This document shows positions 56,081 through 64,000 of a stretch of 64,000 nt of DNA, piece by piece (within the stretch, counting starts at the first letter, position 1; every line of letters begins with the position of its first letter). The position numbers and the translations under genes are program-made. The notes below the pieces were generated by a model. The model saw nothing but the letters and a program-made list of their open reading frames with translations. It made no database searches and was not told the origin of the DNA. Source of the DNA: Rhynchopus sp. YZ270_cl-10 (taxonomy: Eukaryota); the NCBI GenBank assembly GCA_964035575.1, contig OZ037838.1, positions 1,488,001-1,552,000 of the forward strand, written 5' to 3'.

Positions 56081-57233
56081 TGTTTTCTAAGTAAAGGTTG
56101 TTCTTAAACCCTGCAAACAGCACATTCATTTTTTCCATCTCGAGTTTTTTTTTTATCTCTCTGCTTTTTTCAGGGTATTATATAGCCCCCCTAGCCCCAC
56201 CAAAAAGGTGGTTTTGTGTGAGGCAGTCATTTTTTCCTGTGGGGGAAACGCAGCGAAATATTTTCTCGGTAATTTGTGATCCACGGCCAACCCACACCAC
56301 CCCAACCCTGCGGAAAAGCCTCCCCTCCTCTGTGCAGCCTTGGTAGCTTTCAGCCACTGGTGATCCGCAATCCGGAGTGGGTGTCAGCCATATTGTCGGT
56401 AACCTCAGCACATTTACAAGAAGGTCATGGCACCCAAAGGTTCTTGGCGAAGCCACGGTACGCAACATTTCTAAAATCGCGCTTTAAAATTGCACTATTT
56501 TATAGGCAAACAATGTCATGGGAAGGGTGTGAGGTAAGCTTGCGCCGCAGGCGCACGGTACTTTTATTCTTTTCGCCATATCTTTTTTCTCACTCATAGT
56601 TGGGTTCTTCAAGCTCCGTCCGTCAAATGAACCCTTTTTTGCGGAGCAAAAAAAGGAAAAATGGCGCCGCCGGCAAAAAAAATTGTAAGGTACAGCCTGG
56701 ATGGTGCGGTCAGCAACCCAGTTCCCCCGGGTACTGCGTACTCCCGTGGTTCAACCACGGTTCTTTCCCCCATATTTTTTCCCTCCCGAAATCCAAATCT
56801 ATATTTTTGGAGAGAAGAATTTTGGATCCGAATATAGGCCGAATATCATATTCGCTTTCTAGGGGGGGCTATATAAAACCCTGGCTTTTTTTTGTGTTAC
56901 GACCGTAGTAGCATACCATGATGTTCCGTAGGTGTACGGTCGATAATTTGTACGAATACGGTATCATGTGTTCCCTTACTCATGCCACCACAGCAGCGGA
57001 GTGTTCAGGAGGAACGTTGTACTCTCTACCTACCAGCCTGTGCGAAGATGCATTTTGAGACATTTTGAGAAGACGACCGCACCCTCTTTTTCACTTTTGT
57101 TTTCTCCTGTTGCTTTGTTCTTACCCTCGTCTGTGTTAGTGGAAACTACGGAAATGAAACCATCACAAAGACACAAAACAGAACCACACCTCATCTCCTC
57201 CCAACAGAGCTGGAACAAGAAGAAGACAAAACA

Positions 57234-58348
57234 ATGGATGTGACCTTTGTGCTGGAAGAGTCAGGCGTGACTGCGACAGTGGAGGTGCCGTGCGAGGCGG
57301 ACGCTGCAGCGGCAAAGGAGGTTGCGTGCACGGCGCTTGCTGTCTCGCCTGCTTCTGTCGAGATGCGCATCGGCACGCAGGTGCTGGAGGGGACGTGCCG
57401 TCTGCAGACACTGCGTTTGATGCAGGGGTGCAGGTTGTGCTTGCCCGCCGCACTGCCGACATCAAGTGTCCTGCTGAGTACAGTGTAGAGAGGCCAATTG
57501 GAAAGCCGGAGAGGAAAATTAGGCATTTATCGCTGTCTCTTTGTGGAGCACTCTGCCTCTTTACACAGGAGGAAGGATATTTCGCCGGCCTCAATACAGA
57601 AACCTTCAGCCCTGCCTTCAAGTTCAAAGTAGACATTAAGGTGTGGGGTGCGCCTGCCATCTCACGGTGCAAGACACGGTGCTACATGGCGGATGGGAAT
57701 TGTCTTGCGGAGGTTGCGCTTCCGGGTGGGGAGGTGCTCCGCAAAGTCGAGGTCGCCTTAATAGCAGTGTTCGCGTGTGGCGGTGTTGTTGTCTCCCAAG
57801 GCACAGACGGCGTCTCTGTGTATGACGAAGACCTGACGTTGCTCCGCTCTCTCTCGCATGCACGGTGTGCGAACTTGGCAGTATCGGACTGTGGTGGGTG
57901 GGTGATCACCTCCTCCCACAGTGAGAACAACGTACGCCTGTGGGATGTGAGCACAGGTGAAGCTGTGGCATGTGTGCCTGGAAATGCAAAGGGGTTCAAG
58001 GTGTCGCTTTCACGGTCTGCTTCAGTTTTTGCTATGGGTTATCACGGAGTGCAGCTGTATGACTGGAGTGGTGCGGCTCTTGGATGTATTGAAAAAGCTG
58101 GGTCTTCTGTTATCTCTTCCATGCAGTTCACTCTGTGTGGGAAGTATCTCGTAGTTCATTTCATGAAGGGTGATTATGACGGATATGCACTGCACCAGTA
58201 TGATGTGGCGACCATGTCCTGTGTGCGTGTGTTCTCCAAACCCGACTTCTCTCCCGCGTCATTTGCAATATCGCCGTGTTCACGTGTGGTACTATTGACG
58301 AACGCGGGACGAGACACTATTGAGACGAGACATCCGTACCCCTACTGA
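57234..58348 (+). pseudogene. Ubl-WD40 copy 11 with a single 1-bp deletion at ~57407 (real pseudogene or sequencing error)
   Basis: ctgcagacact versus ctgcaggacact in all other copies; the remainder is open. Confidence 0.7.
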
Positions 58349-58809
58349 GTGATGTTTTGCGAGAGGTTGTGTTTGTGCAGCTTCTCGCAGGTACCCCAGA
58401 AGCACCCGACATCCGTCATATGTGGGTAACTACTATGTTCAGGATCTTACTCGTGTGCAGGTGACAGCATCTCATTATGTTCTTGTTCTCTTGCTCTTTC
58501 ACTCATGTGTTCTGTCAACAAATGCTTCAGGTGGAAGCGTACAACTAACAAACTCTCCCCCTTTTTTTGCTTCCCGTTTTCCTGTGTGGGCTGAAGATAG
58601 CTCGGAGCCTTCTAGCCTGTGAGAGAATTCATTTTCATATATTTGAGGATAACGACCACACCCTCACCTTTCTTTTTCAGTTTTGCTTTGTTAACCCTGT
58701 ACTGTTGGTGGAAACTACAGACAGAACGAAACCATCACAAACACACAAAACAAAACAACCCACACCTCACCTACTCCTGACAGAGGTGGAACAAGAAGAA
58801 GACAAAACA

Positions 58810-59928
58810 ATGGATGTGACCTTTGTGCTGGAAGAGTCAGGCGTGACTGCGACAGTGGAGGTGCCGTGCGAGGCGGACGTTGCAGCGGCAAAGGAGGTTG
58901 CGTGCACGGCGCTTGCTGTCTCGCCTGCGTCTGTCGAGATGCGCATCGGCACGCAGGTGCTGGAGGGGACGTGCCGTCTGCAGGACACTGCGTTTGATGC
59001 AGGGATGCAGGTCGTGCTTGCCTGTCCTCGCTTGGCCGACATCAAGTGTCCTGCTGAGTACACTGTAGAGTCGCCACCTGGGAGGCATAGGAAGAATATT
59101 AATCTTTTATCGCTGTCTCCTTGTGGAGCACTCTGCCTCTTTAGACAGGATGAACGCCATTTCACCGGCCTCGATACAGAAACCTTCAGCCTTGCCTTCA
59201 AGTTCAAATCAGACATTGTGGTGTGGGGTGCGCCTGCCATCTCACGGTGCAAGACACACTGCTACATGGCGGATGGGAATTGTCTTGCGGAGGTTGCGCT
59301 TCCGGGTGGGGAGGTGCTCCGCAAAGTCGACGGCTCCTCCGGTAAAGTGTTCGCGTGTGGCAGTGTTGTTGTCACAAAGGGAAAATACGGCGTCTCTGTG
59401 TATGACGAAGACCTGACGTTGCTCCGCTCGCTCTCGCATGAAGGGTGCAGGGACATGGCAGTGTCGGACTGTGGTGGGTGGGTGATCACCTCCTCGGAGA
59501 AGGACGCACGTCTGTGGGATGTGAACACAGGTGAAGCTGTGGCATGTGTGCCTGCGGATGGGTGGTGTGTTGCGCTTTCGCGGCCTGCCTCTGTCTTTGC
59601 TGTGCTATGCTCTAACAAAGTGCAGCTCTATGACTGGAGTGGTGCGGCTCTTGGCTGCTTTAAAGAGGAGCAGTGTGATGTCGCTGGCGTGCAGTTCACT
59701 CCGTGTGGGAAGTACGCCGTAGTTAGGTTCCTGGACGGACGATGCTTCGGGAAGAATTACCTGCACCAGTATGATGTGGCAACCATGTCCTGTGTGCGTG
59801 TGATACAGGACAGCAAAGGTCTATTTGAGATATCGCCATGTTCACGTGTGATTATGTTTGTGTTCAAGGCAGCAGGAGGTGACACAGGAAATGACGTCCT
59901 TGTCGCAAGGCATCTGTACCCCTACTGA
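58810..59928 (+). CDS. Ubl-WD40-like protein (copy 12, 372 aa)
   Basis: Intact ORF. Confidence 0.9.
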   Translation: MDVTFVLEESGVTATVEVPCEADVAAAKEVACTALAVSPASVEMRIGTQVLEGTCRLQDTAFDAGMQVVLACPRLADIKCPAEYTVESPPGRHRKNINLLSLSPCGALCLFRQDERHFTGLDTETFSLAFKFKSDIVVWGAPAISRCKTHCYMADGNCLAEVALPGGEVLRKVDGSSGKVFACGSVVVTKGKYGVSVYDEDLTLLRSLSHEGCRDMAVSDCGGWVITSSEKDARLWDVNTGEAVACVPADGWCVALSRPASVFAVLCSNKVQLYDWSGAALGCFKEEQCDVAGVQFTPCGKYAVVRFLDGRCFGKNYLHQYDVATMSCVRVIQDSKGLFEISPCSRVIMFVFKAAGGDTGNDVLVARHLYPY

Positions 59929-60021
59929 GTGATGCAGTCCGCCCTGTGTGGGAAGTACCTCCTTGCTGTTGCTGAGTATAACGACTACCCTTTACCTCTC
60001 TTCTTCTAAGTAAAAGAAAAC

Positions 60022-60140
60022 CGACGCAGGAGCTTTTCTTGGAACTGTTTTATTCTCCCCACCCCAACAACATCGTATTCAGAAAAACAGTGTTTTTTTT
60101 TCGTTTTTTTTCGCTTTCTTTTCTTCTCCCTCACACCTTT
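60022..60140 (+). repeat. Dispersed repeat, paired with ~43369-43480
   Basis: gacgcaggagcttttcttggaactgttt...ccccaacaacatc...cgctttcttttcttc at both sites. Confidence 0.8.
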
Positions 60141-60780
60141 TTGTTGTGGTGTTTCAGGTTGTAAAACAGATATTCAGTATTCCATGTGGAGGGCCCTATG
60201 TTGGTCTAGTGGAGCACACTGTGAGCTCTGGCCGCTTGCCTTTCGAAGGTGGTGGCGAAGTGGCGTTCAAGGTGTGAAACAGATATTTGTTCAGTGCGTA
60301 CCACTCTGTGTGGCATGTCTCGGTAATATTTCCCTGTGCTAGTCTCACAGTAGTGACGATCTCTGCCCTTAGTGCGTTTATCTTTGTTTGCGTTTTTTTG
60401 TGTTCCTTGCAATAATTTTGTACTCCCTAGTCGCATACGCGAGTTTTCCTTAGTGGTATCCTGGAAGCGCAGGAAAAAGACTGAGGAGTGTTGGTGGAAG
60501 TTCACGTTGCTCTTATTTATTGTCCTCACTCTTTATCATTGTTGTTGGGTTGGGAAATAAATAACTTATCTCGAGAATGATCTTGGTGCACCTCGCTTGT
60601 CGTAAGGTGACTTTGTGAGGGTCCGAACTCTGCCTGGTAGTAAGGAGTGAGCTTGTCTTCAAATTGCTTGCTTTGTCAGAGTTTGTTGAAACACGTATTT
60701 AACCCACCAACCTTCATATTTGGTCATTGCGAAGTGACACCACCAGCCATCACATCAAACACAACAGAGCCCTTAATAAT

Positions 60781-61908
60781 ATGATGGATGTGACCTTTGT
60801 GCTGGAAGAGTCAGGCGTGACTGCGACAGTGGAGGTGCCGTGCGAGGCGGACGTTGCAGCGGCAAAGGAGGTTGCGTGCACGGCGCTTGCTGTCTCGCCT
60901 GCGTCTGTCGAGATGCGCATCGGCACGCAGGTGCTGGAGGGGACGTGCCGTCTGCAGGACACTGCGTTTGGTGCAGGGGTGCAGGTTGTGCTTGCCCGCC
61001 GCTTTGCCGACATCAAGTGTCCTGTTGAGTACAGTGCAGAGGCGCGACCTGGGAGGCAGGGGATGCATATTAATCTCTTATCGCTGTCTCCTTGTGGAGC
61101 ACTCTGCCTCTTTACACATAATGCAGGCAGCATTACAGGCTGCTTCACCGGCCTCGATACAAAAACCTTCAGCCCTTCCTTCGAGTTCAGAGTAGGCATT
61201 CCGGTGTACAGTGCGCCTGCCATCTCACGGTGCAAGACACGCTGCTACATGGCGAGTATGCATTTTCTTGCGGAGGTTGCGCTTCCGGGTGGGGAGGTGC
61301 TCCGCAAAGTCGAAGGCACCTCGACGTTGGTGTTCGCGTGTGGCGGTGTTGTTGTCTCGAAGGGCAAAGACGGCGTCTCTGTGTATGACGAAGACCTGAC
61401 GTTGCTCCGCTCTCTCTCGCACAAAGGGTGTATGAGTGTGGCTGTGTCTGACTGTGGTGGGTGGGTGATCACCTCCTCCGACAAGGAGAAGAACGCACGT
61501 CTGTGGGATGTGAACACAGGTGAAGCTGTGGCATGTGTGCCTGCGGATGGGTGGTGTGTTGCGCTTTCACGGTCTGCCTCTGTCTTTGCTGTGGTGTGCT
61601 CTGACAAAGCGCAGCTCTATGACTGGAGTGGTGCGGCTCTTGGCAGCTTTGAAAAGGAGCAGTGTGGCGTCTGTGGCGTGCAGTTCACCCCGTGTGGGAA
61701 GTACGTCGTTGTTGGGTTCGTGAACGAACGATACTTTGGGATGCGTTCACTGTGCCTGCACCAGTATGATGTGGCGACCCTGTCTTGTGTGCGTGTGATA
61801 CAGGACACCTCCGGTAGGTTAGTGATATCGCCGTGTTCACGTGTGGTTATGTTTGGTTCAGCAAAAGGAGGTGGCGCCCTTGTAACACAGCATCTGTACC
61901 CCTACTGA
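60781..61908 (+). CDS. Ubl-WD40-like protein (copy 13, 375 aa)
   Basis: Intact ORF. Confidence 0.9.
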   Translation: MMDVTFVLEESGVTATVEVPCEADVAAAKEVACTALAVSPASVEMRIGTQVLEGTCRLQDTAFGAGVQVVLARRFADIKCPVEYSAEARPGRQGMHINLLSLSPCGALCLFTHNAGSITGCFTGLDTKTFSPSFEFRVGIPVYSAPAISRCKTRCYMASMHFLAEVALPGGEVLRKVEGTSTLVFACGGVVVSKGKDGVSVYDEDLTLLRSLSHKGCMSVAVSDCGGWVITSSDKEKNARLWDVNTGEAVACVPADGWCVALSRSASVFAVVCSDKAQLYDWSGAALGSFEKEQCGVCGVQFTPCGKYVVVGFVNERYFGMRSLCLHQYDVATLSCVRVIQDTSGRLVISPCSRVVMFGSAKGGGALVTQHLYPY

Positions 61909-62678
61909 GTGAAGGAGTGATGTACAGAAGAGCCATTGTGTGGTACGGTTTTGAGATATTTTGAGAACAACGACCACACCACCCTTTACCTCTCTTTTTT
62001 TACTTTGGCCCTCTCCTGTGGAAACTACTGACACATCGAAAGCATCACAAACACACAAAACAGAACAACACACACCTCATCTGCTCGGCAGGTGCAGTCC
62101 GGTACTGAAAAACCGAGAGGAGTCGCAGCTTGCTGCTGTTGCTGTGGTATCCTTCAATGAGATACGTCTGCTCTTGTACATACCATTCTAGCCTAGTCGT
62201 GTTCACAATGAGCTATGTTTCACACCAAAGAGGTTTTGGTATATTGCATTTAGTTCTACTTTCCTCCCCCCAACCACCCTGTGAAAATTGCAAATTTTGT
62301 TCGGTTCAATTTCACAGGAATGTGTTCTATTAGTTGCTGCCCCAACACACCAAAGACTTAGCTCCTCCTGCTAGCCAAGCCACGTTCATTTTCATTTTTT
62401 CCAATTTTTTTATTTCTCTCAAATTGACAATGTTCCAAACCGAGGCGGTTTGTTCTCTTATCAATACAACATGATGATCATGTGTTCCCCTACTCACTAC
62501 CTCCCCCCCCTTTAACTTCCCTCCATCCCCCCCCCTCCTCCTCCTCCTCCTCTGCATTGCCATACCTCCCACATTTTGCTTTCTCAACAGATGTAAAAGA
62601 GACAACACACCATGCCGTAACCATCTCTGCCCCCCTTCCCCGTACACACCCTCCCTCCTCAACACCTTCTCCACCATC

Positions 62679-64000
62679 ATGGCGCTTCTGAATGCACAAC
62701 GCAAGACATTTGCTATATTGAAAGTTGCGCAGGGTGCTCTGCAACGTGAGGTGGCAGGGTGTGTGGTGCGTCTGGAGTCGGAGGTTGTGGCGTTCGAGCG
62801 AGAGGTGGGGGCCGCGACACAGCAGGATAAGGGAGAGGGTGCTGCTGCTGCTGCTGCTGCTGCAGGACTACCTCACCCAGAGGATGCCGGGCGGATTCTG
62901 CACAACTGTGCCGTGATCGCAGAGGAAGTTGTACTGCGTTCCCCTCCGCATACCTTTCACCACGCAGCAGGTCGTTCTGTCTTTAGAAGGGCAGCTAATA
63001 TTTTTCTTCCCAGTGTTGCTTCTGGTGTTGTGCAGTGTCCGCAAGAGGAAAGCCGTGTCCGTCGATATGTCTGGCTTGAAGTGCAGGAAGCACAGACCGA
63101 ACTAAGTTTGACTCACCACCTCAAGCTTAGCCGTGTCTCTCGAAAGGCAAACAGCAAAGCGAATCGGAAAGGGATGGCCGCGTTGGAGGGTACCCATCTC
63201 CTCTCTGTCGATGGGCATACGGTGAAAACACTGAAAGATGTATTAACGATCTGCAGGAAGAAGCAACCTGGGGACCGCGTCAAATTAGGTTTCGGCAGTC
63301 CCTCCGCCGCCACGCTGCCAGCAAAATCCGTTGCCCTGACGCTTCGCTCTGTTGCCCTGATGGTCACACCACCAGAACTTCCTAGCACCATAACGCTTCC
63401 TCATCCTCTCTTCACAACCCTCTCAGACACCCAGCAGGAAGGCGCTATAGTACGCGAGGCGGCGGTAGTATTGAAAAACGCATGGCGTGTGGGCACGCTT
63501 TCCGGCTGTCCTGAGGACATCACGATGTGCGTCTCTGCCTGCATTAAGCTCCGGTTCCCCCTCTCTGAGGTGGAGTGGCTGTTTGACGCTTTGATGGCAG
63601 GTCCGTGCGACTTTACTTCGCTCTGCAGGGCGCTCCGTGGTGCGGTGCGAATCAATCTCCCAAAAGGCAAACTTCGCACTCTCTTCATCGCGGCCTCCCG
63701 CCAGACCCCTCCTTCCATCTCTCTTGAAAACCATGCTACGCTGCTATGGTGTCTCTACAAATCTAAGGTCTACGACACCACGCTTCTCGCCTCACTCCGT
63801 CTTTGCATGCATAGCTCTCCTCTTAATACGATGCGTTTCGGGGCAGGACTCACAATGAAAACTGCGATACCCATCGTGACCTATCTAAACTCCACCATAA
63901 CATCCTGTACAGAGCTGGGTGATGTAGAATCTGTCCAAACCCTCTTCAAGCATGCAACAGTATTGTTCGTACGGAAGGCCAGAGATGACATAGAGCTTCG
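62679..64000 (+). CDS. Hypothetical protein with a PDZ-like segment, 3'-truncated by window end
   Basis: Frame from ATG 62679 (MALLNAQRKTFAILKVAQG...) stays open to the end; it is missing from the ORF track because it has no stop. LEGTHLLSVDGHTVKTLKDVLTICRKKQPGDRVKLGF fits the C-terminal half of a PDZ domain. Confidence 0.75.
   Translation, partial: MALLNAQRKTFAILKVAQGALQREVAGCVVRLESEVVAFEREVGAATQQDKGEGAAAAAAAAGLPHPEDAGRILHNCAVIAEEVVLRSPPHTFHHAAGRSVFRRAANIFLPSVASGVVQCPQEESRVRRYVWLEVQEAQTELSLTHHLKLSRVSRKANSKANRKGMAALEGTHLLSVDGHTVKTLKDVLTICRKKQPGDRVKLGFGSPSAATLPAKSVALTLRSVALMVTPPELPSTITLPHPLFTTLSDTQQEGAIVREAAVVLKNAWRVGTLSGCPEDITMCVSACIKLRFPLSEVEWLFDALMAGPCDFTSLCRALRGAVRINLPKGKLRTLFIAASRQTPPSISLENHATLLWCLYKSKVYDTTLLASLRLCMHSSPLNTMRFGAGLTMKTAIPIVTYLNSTITSCTELGDVESVQTLFKHATVLFVRKARDDIEL

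Noticed and set aside
57400..57412. Programmed frameshift in copy 11
   Set aside because: No slippery heptamer; a simple GG>G loss found in one copy only, so mutation or sequencing error.
507..61908. Diversity-generating retroelement as the source of hypervariability
   Set aside because: No reverse transcriptase and no template/variable repeat pair in the window. Variation includes indels and all four bases rather than adenine-specific changes.
36258..61908. CRISPR-like repeat-spacer array (constant blocks alternating with variable segments)
   Set aside because: Constant blocks differ from one another, lie within ORFs and correspond to propeller strands. No cas genes; eukaryotic context.

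Overview
Eukaryotic (protist) genomic DNA with GC-rich, mostly intron-poor coding blocks and AT-rich, poly-T spacers. Every confidently called gene lies on the + strand. Three small genes have predicted GT-AG introns. An LRR + tandem CNB gene resembles the kinetoplastid-type PKA regulatory subunit, so a euglenozoan (diplonemid-like) source is likely; this is inference. The window is dominated by two tandem gene families. (i) A ubiquitin-like (Ubl) + 7-bladed WD40-like propeller family: 13 near-full copies (11 intact, 2 disrupted), one copy truncated by the window start, and several fragments, at 1-3040 and 36258-61908. The Ubl is almost invariant at DNA level, while two loops per blade are hypervariable and shuffled between copies. 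(ii) A family of ~515-aa secreted proteins: 5 copies plus a remnant at 14154-28535, with a constant framework and discrete aromatic-rich variable patches. Between these blocks lie a RING-less TRIM-like B-box/coiled-coil/Ubl/LRR/FG-tail gene and a type I membrane protein with six CUB-like domains. Also present: a Zn-finger dual-specificity phosphatase, several hypothetical proteins, a TIR MITE family, a 331-bp dispersed element with an identifiable empty site, a TIR-bounded element carrying (TGTGTAC)61, and a 10-bp minisatellite. The best candidate for an undescribed system is a recombination-diversified repertoire of Ubl-tagged recognition proteins within an immune-like receptor cluster of a unicellular eukaryote. 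No CRISPR array, rRNA, tRNA, transposase or reverse transcriptase was recognised.
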